Positions 24,409 through 37,270 of a stretch of 64,000 nt of DNA are shown here, one piece after another. The notes under the pieces are model-generated. The model saw nothing but the letters and a program-made list of their open reading frames with translations. It was not told the DNA's origin and did no database searches. Position 1 is the first letter of the stretch, and every line of letters starts with the position of its first letter. A program made the position numbers and the translations under genes. The stretch is from the NCBI RefSeq assembly GCF_009834535.1, contig NC_045697.1, forward strand, positions 61,506,001-61,570,000. The letters are read 5' to 3'. Source of the stretch: Camelus ferus (lineage: Eukaryota).

Positions 24409-26789
24409 ATTGTGGTACATCATTTAACTTCACCTGTAAGATTAAGAAGATTTGCCATTCTAGACCAAAGAGGATTTCCCATCCTTTAGGACTAGGACTA
24501 AGATTGAACCTAATTGGGAAATCTAGGTCTTTCACCTAGAATAATGTGTGAGAGAAGTGCATTCAAGATTTATTCTTTCCAGGGTGTATTAACGTATATT
24601 ATAAATCCTCCAAAACACATTAGCAAAGGTATCCATTAGCAATTTTTATCTTTGGATTGATATGTGCTGCTAATAACAGTTTTTCTACATTACTAACAAG
24701 TGTTTTGAAGTACCTATTCTGCACTCAAAACCATTCAAGTCCTTAGTAATCCATTAACTTAATGAAAGTAGGTGTGATGAATCATAAGGAGGCTTGTTTT
24801 ATTTGTAGGGTATCTGCTAATTCATGGCTATAAAGGTGTTTCTGTAACACTTGATACAGAAAATACAATATTCCAGCCATGCCATTTCTTGGATGCTTCT
24901 CAAAGGAAATAATGCAAACTCTAAGATATACCTGAAACTATGTCTGAGGCAATGATATTTTCAATGCATGTGATTTCCAAATTTATTAAGTAAATAAAAC
25001 ATGTGTTTTAGATATTAAAATAAATCAGCAAGAATATACCTATTTTTCTAGACCTAACTACAATAGGCTATTGTAGCTATTAGAGCAATGATTATATATA
25101 ACAATATGATTTCTACTTTTATCCTAGCCAGTGAAAGATGAGGATGTATGCCATAGGGAAAGAAAGGAAACTAACAGAGCAGAACAAGACAAAAATTGAG
25201 AACTATCTTCTGCAGCTGTAATGTAATAGGAATCTTGGAAAATAAAATTATGCGAGGTTTCATAACAATACTGACAATAAGAATTTGTTTACATGTATCA
25301 ATAATGCTGAGGAAATGCCCTTTAAGATACACTTTTCAAACAAATGCAAAGAAGTTCATCTCTCAGAATGTCAGAAAAGAAATTCACAACATATATTTGG
25401 AAACAAGAGTTGGAGAAGAGTGAGAAAACAAAAATAATGGGAATTCTTAGGGTTTTAAGATGGTGTCAATATGGGGAGAAAAAATACACATGTATTATGT
25501 GTGTATGTCCCAAAATGTTTTTTTCAAAGTTAGTTAAAATTGTTTTTGAAAACAGTAAGCCAAAGTAAAGAGAGTATTTAATGAGAAACCTTGACATTTT
25601 TCATAATCAAGAAGATTAAGAAAGAAAGATTATTTTCATAAGCACAGTTGAAAATACAAACTACTGAACTACTCATTATCCTTTGTTAAGAAAATAAAGG
25701 AGTTATCTGGAGACCATTTACATACCAGTTACCATAAAGACACAACGAATAAACTGCATACATCTTGTGGGGTTCGGGTCCCCTTTATACTAATACAAAT
25801 TCTATCTCATCATAATGAAACAGAATTGGGGGCTATTCGCTGTAAGAAAAAAAAAAAACCTGTAATATTCTACTCTTTTTATTTCTGCTTTATTTTTAAA
25901 TTTCCTATAGGTTTTTTTTCTTTTTGCTACAATTTTTCTTACAAGTTTTTATGGGAAAATTTGTTTACTTACTACCTTTCTGATAGAAAACTGAATTTGT
26001 TAGAAACATTCTTAATAGGAAATGAAATTTACATACTTGAATTTGCTATCCCACCAACAATATGGTAATTAACTTACTATCTGTTCTCTACCTAAATTTA
26101 GTCTGTAATTCCACTGTTTGGTAATCAAAAAGCCTTAAGACTTTTTGACTTAGTTTTCCCATTATAGTCCTGTTTATGAAAAGGAACTGTTATTTTAACA
26201 GATTCTTTTCTGATGAAAACATGAAGCTTGTTTCTTCTACAAAGCGGTTAGAAAACCAAATTTAGATTTGGGATCAGGGATATGAGAGCTATATAACAAA
26301 ACAGTGGTAGTTGCATAAATGCCTGACATCTAAAGAAAGAATACTGAAAATAAGCAATAAGGAAGAAAGGCAGGAGTGAAACCAAGTTAAGATTAATCAG
26401 CCATTTAAAATGCTGTAGATGAAAAGCTGGCTGGGGGCAAAAGATTGAAACAGAGAACATCCAATCTGGTAAGAAGAATGTTTATATCTTCACTCCTACT
26501 TCAGGTGTCAAGGAAGTTAAACCTTTCCCTTTTATAAGATGATTGTTTCATACATTACTTTCTCTCCAGAAATTCCCCACATCCCATGAGTTTAGTACAT
26601 TTGACTGCCTTATACTAAGAGAAATCATTAGACAAGAATGTCACTGTCTTCCAACCGTAAAGCTACACAATAATTTTCATCTACCTTCATATTTTTCTTT
26701 CCTCCTCTTACAACTGACAAGGTGAATCTTTTTTTGAGGAAGTCCAATTCTTGTACAAGTGTTTTAGAATCTGTCCCTCATTCGCTTTT

Positions 26790-27990
26790 AAAGGAATGCT
26801 GATCATTTATTCAGTCAAAATATCTTTACTGAGCACTGATTCTTTGCTATATACCATGCTAGGAAATACTACAGTGGCCACAGAGAGACATAATCTCTCC
26901 ACTCAGAGAGCTTCCAGAATGCTGGGAGACCAAGACATTAATCAATCACACTAGTAAACATTAACTCATAAGTGTGTTAACTGCCTATAGAATAACCAAA
27001 TAATGCAATGAGAGCTCTTTAAAGAAATCAGGGGAGAAGTCCCTAATGAAGTAGACTTCAGCTGACGTATGGAGTATCTGTATATTAATTCGACCAAGAG
27101 AAAAGAGAAATAAGTTATAGAAAGGAAAAAAAAAGAAAAAAAAATATTCTAAGGCTAAAAAATGGCCAATCTTACTAAAGCAAGGAAAATAAGAGGAAAA
27201 TCAGAGAAACTGAGCTAAGAGGTAGGAAGCAATTAGAGGATGCAAAACTTTATGGGCATGTTTAGGAAATCTGTATATATCCTAAGGTTAATGAGAACTT
27301 ATCAGAGGGTTTTACACAGGGAGGTGGCAAAATCACTCCATCAGAAATGTCAGACCATATTCCAGAAGGAATTATGGAAAGATCACTTAAAAATAACTTC
27401 TGTAGTATTCTAGGCAAAACTATGTTAGAGTTTGATAAAGGTTTGGGGGAAAGATTAAGAATTTTGTTCTTTCAGTCTCATCATTCTTAGTTTATTAAGT
27501 TCTAACTTGACCCCATCTGTTGCCTCCATTTATTTGCTGCCAGTTCACAGTCAAACTACTCAAATAAATTGATTATATATGCAGTATCCTCACACCCACC
27601 TCTTATTAAATATGGAAACTGCAGAATTTCAGACTCACCACTAGTTAGAATCACTAGCTACCTCCATACTGCAAAATTCATTGAATCATTTTCTGTTATC
27701 TTATTTCACATTTAAACTGCATTTGACCAAGTTGACCAATAATTTATTCAACAAATGCATTTTTCATTCAACAAATATATATTGAGTTTCTACTGTGTAG
27801 CATTCACTGTACATTTTATTAGGTACACAAAAAAGACATGGGTCCAGAGGTTGAAACAAATAGTAATCAAAGAGTCATACAAATACATGAAAAATTTCAA
27901 CTGAAATTAACTTTATGAAAATTACTCGGAACTTATTTGCTTAAGAGAATCAATATGTTCATCTCTTGACTATCATTATATCACATTCTC
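26790..27990. mobile_element. Cluster of L2 fragments in both orientations
   Basis: tcatttattcagtcaaaatatctttactgagcact; ttcattcaacaaatatatattgagtttctactgtgt; cctccatactgcaaaattcattgaatcattttctg. Confidence 0.55.
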
Positions 27991-30902
27991 CTACATCCTG
28001 GCTGTTCTTGACTATATATCTATCCATTTATGTATCTGTCTGATGCATCCCAACAATCATGTTCCCTAGATTGACCTGAAACAGATATATTTTTCCTTTG
28101 GACAGATACAACACCTGAAAGACAGCTGCCCCCCACTTTAAAATGCTGATAGGAATCCCTCCATCTCTGTCTTGCTCCCTTTCCCTGCCAGGTACAACAC
28201 ATGCTGGCCATACATCTTGAAATGTACTTGTTATTTTCCTCACCCCTACCTAGATATGCTGCTATCCTCATGTAGCTATAAAAGGAAAAGAACTAAGGGA
28301 AAGGCTGGAGAGTACTTAGGACAGACTGGTTTGATCAATTAAACTCTTTCTCTGATTGTATAACTCCAATACTGTTGAAAATCTTTCTTTTTTGAATATT
28401 CATGAGTATTTTGTATTACCAGAGATAGTACAAAACATTACAAAATTGATTCACAGGCATCGAGATTTTAGCCAGTATCAACTCTTACTAATAGTTTCAA
28501 GAATACAAGCAGTAAGTGTTCTGGGGCCCCCACCACAGCTACCCAGGTCCTCTGTGCCAGCATACCACACACCCCAGCATGGTGTGGCCCAGTTTAACAG
28601 ACAAGGTTTCTGAATAACTACGTAGTTGCCTCACTTACATAGAAGGCAATGTTTGGGTTGTAAAACAGCTTCATTTTATAATAAAACAATTTCACACTTT
28701 AAGTGACATTTCCAAGGAGCCAAACTCCATTAATCCATAGATTCCATGTATGTTTTACTCTGAACAATCCCAGACAACGAGGTACATCTCATTAAAAACA
28801 TTCCATAGATAGGTGACATGTGGTAAAAAAGATGATTTAGTTTGCTTGGCAGCCTGTCATTAGTTTGTACATAAGGAGATCAGGCCTAGTCACTCCGTCC
28901 CTCCCCCTTTCCACCTCAGATGTGTCCTGCTCACCCCCTATGCCCATTTGCCTCAAAGTCAGTAAATAGATTACAGACATGTTGTTTAACCATTCATGTC
29001 TCAGCATGAAGAGACATGGGGATAGGCACATTCTCTTATATATTACCAATAAACTGACTTTTTAAAATCATATTTCTGATTATTTTCGTACTTGTTTTTC
29101 CGTCATCTAAAGATAAAATAAGAACTCCAGGAAGTAACATCCACAGCCCTCTACAATCCGTTGCCAACCACCCTACATAGCGTCAACTTCTGTATCTCTC
29201 AAGCACTTTATGATTTTGTCATCCTGAACTTCCTACTCCAAACCCAGCAAGTTCTTTCATGTATTTCCTCTTGCTTTCTCCCTTATACTGACACACATCA
29301 GACCCTCAGTAAAGACTGACCAACTTGAGCTTGGCTGCTTATCTACAACAAGGCAAGAATTATATTCACATTTAGTAAACTGGAAAAATAAAATTATATC
29401 CTAAAGAGTTACAAGGAACAAGGACACCCTCTTAATAAGGCTGAAATATTATCAAATTTACCTTATTAGTAACTGGAAGAAAAGTGAATTAAGCCGATCA
29501 CTTTAATTGAAAATGAAATCAGACCAAACCTAATTAAACTGTGGTACAACACAGACCCTACACACAATGAAAACATTTGTCCTACTGTTGCAGACCTTGT
29601 AAACACTGCCAGCATCCTGGTAATGCCTCATTTCCCTCAGACTCTTCTAAATACCACAAAATTTATCGATGCATATAGTGAGGTCAGGTAATGAATTTTC
29701 AAGGTCATTTTGCAAATAGGAGTAAACAGTTTCTTTTGACTCCTCCTAGATGTCTCTGCATAATGGGTTGCTTCTGCTGAATTCATTAACTTTCTCACTA
29801 TGCTGTAAACTAATTTTTCTTCCTACCCTCATTATAATCTACATTTATATAGCTCATATTAAATGCTCAAAACACTCCAATAACTTTGCCTTACTAACCC
29901 ATAAAACAACTTTCTGAAGAAAATAGAGAGAGCTGTCACATTTCCCTTTTTACCCTTGAGGATGAAGAGCTGTGAATAAATTTGCTTCTATAAAATGAAT
30001 CCAGGACCCAAGTTCCTGAAATAGAGTTTGCTACTCTTCTATCGGAGTCTAAAATTTTACATAAACATTTACAAAATATTTTCCTTTGGGTTGTTGTTAT
30101 CGTGGGAGCTGCTACTTTAAAAAAAAAAAACACACAATCACATTGTGTGTTCAGCATGCAAGCCCATCAGAATGCCACTGGGAAGGGAAGGATTGCCTTT
30201 TGATATCCAATCTTTCCAGGAAAGTTATTCCCAGACACACCTTTTTAGCAGACCCTCTATCTCTCACTATATCTATTTCATTCTTCTTTCTCGAGTTTCC
30301 CTTCTTCCTGTTAGTTTTCTATAAATCAGATTCCTGTTTAAAAAAAACACAAACAAAATCGTGAGACAGATTTGGGATCATTCTCGTAGGAAGTCAAATA
30401 GCCAGACATCCTGTATTATGTAACATAATGTACCCTAATAACAAAAAATACTAAAAATTTAAATTGGCATTGTTCTAGGTAGTAAGAATCTAGAGTACCT
30501 TATCTTTAGCATGTGTATCATTTTAGCATGTATAAAAAACTTACTTTACTTAAGAAACCCAACGGTGGTCCATTAAGCCTTGAATCCACACTGACACCCA
30601 TGCTGCAAATCCTTACATCTTTGCCTTCAATGAAATACCTAGACATCTGAGATTTTTAGTCTGCTACAGCAGTGCAACATCTAAGAGGTTTTCCTAGAGG
30701 ACTTGTTATTAATTTAAAGTAAATTAGACTGAGTTATATGATTTCAGGGCTACAAGAGTATAGCCCCCTCTCTCACTCATCACTCACCCTCAACCTGCTA
30801 TATCCCTGATTCTTTCCAACCAGTGCTTGGTATCTAAAAATTTACCATTAAATCTTCATCTCTTTAGGGTGAAAATAAATTTCTTTTTGGATTAGGTAAT
30901 AC

Positions 30903-31039
30903 CAGAGTGACCAAATAGTTTATCATCTAAACTGGGTAAGAGTAAAGCTCTGTGAAATGAGAATGAAAGAGGACACTATTAATAAATCTGTTAGAGCAAC
31001 AGAAGAAAAGGCACGAGCCCAGGATGCATAGTCACCCTT
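30903..31039 (+). mobile_element. MER94-like hAT-Blackjack MITE
   Basis: TIRs cagagtgacc...agtcaccct; internal tttatcatctaaactggg and actattaataa. Confidence 0.7.
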
Positions 31040-32194
31040 GACACCTTAACATCTTCTCAGCAACTTATGCTAAATGTAGAAGAAATGACCAAAAGAAATG
31101 TACCACTGAATGGAAGCAAAAGAACTCTATCCAAAGGGGTATGTAAAAAGAATAAAGAGTAATTAATCTGGACTGTAAAAGGCAAATATTATAAACTTCA
31201 TATAGATTCTCTGGCTAAATGATAATCCAGCAACTGGAATTAATAATTATAATAATTCTAATAATTTTCCACTTAATTTGAAATTTAGCAACTGAAGTCA
31301 AAGATCCTCTTTATCTTTTGAAATAAATTTTAAGGGAAAGGAAGTCCCAATCAATGCCTCCTCAATATTTTGGTCACATTGGTGTTCATTGTTATTATTC
31401 CCTTCTGTAGAAAAAAGAAGTTTATTTTATTTATTTTTATTTTAATTAGGCAAAACTTCCAACTATGCCAATATTGTATACATAAAATCTGAGATTTTGC
31501 AAACTGTCCTTTGCAGCATGTATTATGCTATTAAATATATTTTATAGAAAATAAATAGTTTTTAAAATAAATATTATTAGTAATAGTCTTTCTGCTAATT
31601 TGCTGATTTATCCATCCTTTGAGAACCATCCAATATTTGTTTTCTACATTTATTTTATTTATCCACAGGACTTGATGTTTGTTTCCTCCTTCTACCATTC
31701 TAACAACATCAACTGTCTCACCAGAAAAACAAATAGTGTCAAACCAGTCCATGGTACTGTGAGAAAGGAAGGCAGAAAATGACAGGCTCCCTATTGACTG
31801 ACATATATGCATTTCATTTGTTGTCAGGACAGATTCCCAAGGCTGTGGAAACCACAGAAAATAAATAGGCTTTGGTGCAATGAATTCCATGGTTTTCTGG
31901 AGGACCCTGATAAAGACACATAAACTTTAAGACATAATTTCTGTCTCATCAGTTGTGCATAAAACACCTAGGTTAGGAAGAGAGATCGAGGATGAAGATT
32001 GAGTCCCTTTCTTTAGATTCTTGACATATACATGAATACTAGGTAAATTAAACTACGTACATGGGTTATTGGAGCACAGTAATTGGGAGACATGGTTCAT
32101 TTTGACTTAAAGGACTGGGGAAGATTTCTCATACAAAGACACATGATTTAACACCTTAAAACATTAAATCTTGGTCAATGACAAGTGCAGAAAG

Positions 32195-32366
32195 CAACAG
32201 CTTCATAGACATGTGACTTGTGCAATGACAGAAGGCAGACTTGGGAAGGGTTCCATACTGGGTTTGATGTTCCACTTAATGATCGTGAAATACATAATAA
32301 TTTTTAAATAATGGAGCTTGCATTTTAATTTTGCACTAGGTCCCACAAATTATTCACCTGGTTTTG
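32195..32366 (+). mobile_element. MER91A-like hAT-Tip100 MITE
   Basis: cagcttcat..tgtgacttgtgcaat..gcattttaattttgcactaggtcccacaaattat. Confidence 0.65.
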
Positions 32367-32961
32367 AGTGTGGGAGAGCAACTTATCCTGAGCTCATGGC
32401 AGGATTAAAAGTTAATGGGTCACAAAACCTGTCAATATTACTGGAAGATGGGGGTGTGGTGGGAGTCTATCAGTGAGAAACCAAGTTTGCAAAGAAAGGC
32501 TGTGCCAGATCACAAGGGTCTGGGTTTTAGTGTCACATTCCAGAATTTATTTTAGAACCATTCACAAGTCTGCAGTATTTTTAAGATAAATTCTATAATT
32601 AGAATGCTGTGGTGATGTGAAAGATGGACTGAAAAAGCCAAGGAGTTCAGATAGAATGTTATTAAAATGGCCTCAATGAAAAACAATTAAGGCTCAATGA
32701 TACATAAAACCACTGAAGGCGGAGTCTGAGACACAGTTCATAGAGTGGGCTAACTGTCTGCTTCCTTGTCCTGGCACTGTGCATGTCTCCATCCCCTTTC
32801 TCCAAAACCACAGAAAATATTACTATGGCCAAGTTATTGTGTGATCTCACTGCTTTTTCCAATTTTCTGCTGAACACACTCCTATAATAGTCAAAATCAT
32901 CCAGAATGAAATTTTGGGTAAGATACTCCCCATAAAGCACAGCACAATTTAATCATTTTTA

Positions 32962-33062
32962 GGGGGTGGGTATAGTTTGGATGTAGAGCACATGCTTATT
33001 AGTATGTGTGAGGTCCTGGGTTCAGTCCCCAGTAAAAATTTAAAAATAATGATAAAAAATAA
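32962..33062 (+). mobile_element. Vic-1-type camelid SINE (short)
   Basis: gggtatagtttggatgtagagcacatgctta..gaggtcctgggttcagtccccagta plus A-rich tail; TSD aatcat(t/c)tttaggg at 32951 and 33063. Confidence 0.85.
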
Positions 33063-33859
33063 AATCATCTTTAGGGATAAATGTTAAAACAACCATGTGA
33101 ATAGACCTATCAAAAGTATTTCCACTATATTCCCATCTTCTTCCGGTTTTACAGCTGAGATAGCTCCCCAGTTTCTTTTTTCCTTCAATGGTGTTTTAAT
33201 GCTTAAAATATTTTAACTATAACCCGACACTTGTTTAAAAAGCTGACTTTGATTTTGAAACAATTATATTAATTAGAAGTGATCATTTTTAGCAATGAAA
33301 CACCCTGAATACATATTAAAAGTCAGAATAAATAACCAACAGCTAAAAATAAATCTTTATCTAATAGTGACTGTAAAACATTGATTTTATTCAGAATATT
33401 GACTATGTTGTATAAAGTGCATTCTTGCTTCATTTTATATCAACCACAGCCAGAAAATTGCACAGATTGAGAATGCCATCCTGAGCCTCAAAGAGAATAG
33501 ATTTGGCCTCAAACGTAAACTCTGGCTTATTCTGCCTCGTCAAAAAGATTGGAGCTTAAAGGTTTTGCTCAATTAGCAGCCTTCTTGTCTATTTAAAATG
33601 CAGCATCTGGAATCTGAGCTTCAGGTTAACCAAATAACCATCTGTTAAAAAACTGTCAGCAGAAAACTGTTAAAATCCCTGTTTCTCTTGCAAAGTTTTC
33701 TAGAAATTCACAGTATGGTGATTGTGACTATATGTAATTATATTTGAGTTAGGTTCATTAGCATTCCTCTGAATATTCAACACAGAAATATTAACACAGC
33801 CAATTTTCTAACCTCTTGCCCTCTCCCATCATGCACATACCCAGAAACCTTTCCCTCAT

Positions 33860-34320
33860 TCTCTCCTCCTCACTCTGCTCCAGCAACACTGGGCTCCTTG
33901 CTTGTTTTCAAATATACAGACACATTACTACTATGTCTATATATTTGTCCTGAAACGTTTGTCCTTCTGGTTCCCTATGTCTGGGCCCTTCTCCCATTTT
34001 TTTATGGCTTGTCCTCAAGCTCTTTCAGATCTTTGTTCTAATGGTACCTTTTCATTGATAGCTTCTCTGACTATCCTCTTTAAAATTGAATACCATCTTC
34101 AGCTATCCAAATTCCTGTTTTATCTTTCTTAATATAACATGTCAACATCTATTATACTTGGAAGATTTTGTTGCTCAGTTTATTGTGTGCATCCTCTTTC
34201 TACAATGTAAACTCTGTAAGGGCAGGGATTTGGGTTGTTTGTGCTCCCTGGATCTCCAGTGTCCACGATAGTGTCTGGTACATTGCAGGCACTCAATAAA
34301 CATGTCCTATTAAATGACTG
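33860..34320 (+). mobile_element. L2 3' end
   Basis: tcactctgctccagcaacactgg..aatgtaaactctgtaagggcagggattt..tagtgtctggtaca..gcactcaataaa. Confidence 0.8.
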
Positions 34321-34532
34321 GAAGTAGTCCCATGGATTCTTTTTTTAATTCACTTTTACCCTACCAGACAGAAGCTGAACTGGCCTGCAAATCTAAATCA
34401 AAATCACAGAGCCTGATGACTTTCAAACACTGAAGTGTCAAAGTTATCAGGTGGCCCCTGTAAGTTATTTTATGTATGCGCCCATAATGACTGTAATATA
34501 TTATACAAAAAAAAATCTTAACTTGCCATGGA

Positions 34533-34914
34533 TTGTTGTAGTCAGCTGAAGCTCCATAATAAAATACCATAGATGGGGTGACTTAAACAACAGAAATTTA
34601 TTTTCTCACAGTTCTAGAGGTTAGAAATCCAAGATCAAGATGCCAGCATAATCAGGTTCTGGTGAGAGCTAACTTCCCAGCTGACAGATGGTTACGCTCT
34701 TGCTGCATCCTCACATTGTAAGGAGAGAGACCAACAAGCTCTCTGGTGTCTCTACTTATAAGTACCCCTATACCATCAGGAGTTTCTGACCCTCCTGACC
34801 GCAACTAAACCTAATTGTCCCCCAAAGGCACCATCACCAAACACCATCACTTTGTGAGTAAGGGCTTCAATAAGTGAATTTGGGGGAGGGAGGGACGCAA
34901 CTCAGTCCCTAGTA
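34533..34914 (-). mobile_element. MaLR LTR (MLT1A-like)
   Basis: aataaaataccatagatggggtgacttaaacaacagaaatttattttctcacagttctagagg..caagatcaagatgccagca..agggcttcaa..gaatttggggg. Confidence 0.85.
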
Positions 34915-35539
34915 TTAACTTAGAGTACAGATCACTGCAAAACATTTCTTAACTTGTTTTCATGAAGTTCTTCCACAGTTGAATTCAGATGGGTGTCCCT
35001 TTTCTTCTCTCCCTCTAATTTTTTTTTTGTCTTCTCCATTCTCCAGGTACAATACAAAGTTATTTTGGTTTTGTTTTGGTTTTCTATCCAACTGTCCTGG
35101 TCCCATCCATCCTGGATTCTTTCCCTGAGATCAAGATTATAAAGATCTTTATGGTTTCATCCATTTACTTATAGTGACATGAATTCTTACATTTCTTAGA
35201 TTTCCACTCTCTTTGGAGTGAAAGGCTTTTAAATACAACAAAGGCTTCACAGGCTAATATTGCACCCCACTAGGAGCAGAACTTGATGAACTTATCATGC
35301 TAACTTGATAATTACATTTACACTTGATTTTATTAAAAACAAAAGTCCTCACCTAGATAACAGAGAATGTATATGGGAAACGAGGTGACAGAACAATTTA
35401 TTCTAACATACGGGTTTAACTTCCTATGTATAGACTTTAAATCAAAAAGTCAGAAAAAAGATTTTTAAAAAGCATTTGTTATAGCTAAAATAAAAATCCA
35501 TGCAGAAAAAAGAATTTTAGAAGATGAGGACAGATTAGA

Positions 35540-37270
35540 AAATTTCTGGGACATTAAGACTACTAACATGCCCATTATAGAGGTCCCTGAAGGAGAAGAG
35601 AGAGAGAAGGGGAGAGAAAATATCTGAAGACACCAACTAAAAACTTCCCTAAACTGGGAAAGGAAACAGATGGCCAGGTATTAGAAGAATGGAGGTCCCA
35701 AACAGGATCAACCCAAAGAATACCACAAAAAGAGACACTGTAATTAAAATGACAAAAGAAAAAAAAAAAAAGGAAAGGAAAGGGGGAAAAAAGATAAAGA
35801 GAGAATACTAAAAGCAACAAGGGAAAAACAAAAAGGAACAAGTTATGTACAAGAAATTCCTATAAGGCAATTTCTGCTGACTTTTCAGCAGAAACCCTGC
35901 AGACCATAAAGGAGAGGCATGATAATTTAAAGTCATGAAAAGGGAAAATCTACAATAAAGAATACTCTACCTGGCAAATATTTCATTCAGATTTAATGGA
36001 GAGATCAAAAATTTTAAAGACAAACAAAAGCTAAGAGAGTTCAGCACCTCCATCCAGCTTTATAAGAAATATTGAAGGGACTTCTCAGAGAAAAAAAAAA
36101 ATGGTCACAACTAGAAATATGAAAATTACGAAAGGAAAAATCTCACTGGTAAAGGCAAATTATAGTAAAGGTAACAAATCAATCATATATAAAGCTAGTA
36201 GGAAGGCTAAAAGACAAAAGTGTTAAAATCTTCTATATCCACAATATGTAGTTAAGGGATACACAAAACAAAAAGAGGTAAAAAATTGGATGTAAAAAGC
36301 AGTAAATATTGGAGAGGGGAGGAAGAGTAAAAAATGCAGGGTTGTTAAAATGTGTTTGAACTTAAGAGATCAGCAACTTACAATAATCATGTATATACAT
36401 AGATTGCTATATGTAAACCTCATGGTAACCATAAACCGAAACTCTGCAATAGATACACACACAAAAAAAATTGAAAGGAATCTAGATATAACACTAAACA
36501 AAGCCATCAAATCACAAGGGAAAAAGAGCAAAAAAAGCAGAAAAGAACTACAAAATAACCCCAAACAACTAATAAAATGGCAATAAGAACATACATATCA
36601 ATAATTATTTTAAATATAAATGGACTAAATGCTCCAATCAAAAATATATAGAGTGGCTGAATGAATACAAAGACAAGACCCGTACATATGCTGCCTACAG
36701 GAGATTCATTCAGATCTCAGAAAAAAAAGACTGAACATGAAGGGATGGAAAAACGTATTCCATGCAAAAAAAAAAAATCAAAAGAAAGCAAGGCTAGTGA
36801 TATTTATAATCAGAAGAAAAAGACTTTAAAACAAAGACTGTACCTCTTGGGGAGTGATAGAAATGTCAGCTATCTTGAATGTGGTGTTGGTTTCACTGGT
36901 GTAAACATCTATCAAAATTCATCAAATCGTATATTTGAAATATGTGTAGTTTACTATACAGGAACCATACCACAATAAGTGTGTTAAAAAAAAACTGTAG
37001 TAAGAGACAAAGAAAGACATTACATAATAATCAAGGGGATCAATCCAAGAAGGAGGTAAAACAATTGTAAATACACATGCATCCAATATTTAAGGAGCAC
37101 TTAAATACATGAAGCAAATATTAACAGAGAGAAATTGACAGTAACACAAAAATAGCATAGGACTTCAACACCCCACTTACATCAATGAACAGATTATCTA
37201 GACAAAAAAATCAATAGGGAAATACTGGCCTTAGAAGACACAGTAGATCAGATAGATTTAATAATAATAA
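35540..37270 (+). mobile_element. L1 fragment: ORF1 3' half, inter-ORF region and ORF2 endonuclease start (decayed)
   Basis: ORF1-type gaaaacttccctaaactgggaaaggaaacag and ctgacttttcagcagaaaccctgcag; ORF2-type aatggactaaatgctccaatcaaaa, tgctgcctacaggaga and ggacttcaacaccccacttacatcaatg. Confidence 0.9.
36843..36989 (+). mobile_element. Short L1M-type 3' tail inserted into the L1 ORF2 remnant
   Basis: gagtgatagaaatgtcagctatcttgaatgtggtgttgg..ataccacaataag plus A tail, flanked by aaagactgta / aaaaactgta. Confidence 0.7.

Noticed and set aside
25760..25840. Strong minus-strand acceptor at about 25840
   Set aside because: Followed by stops in all three frames
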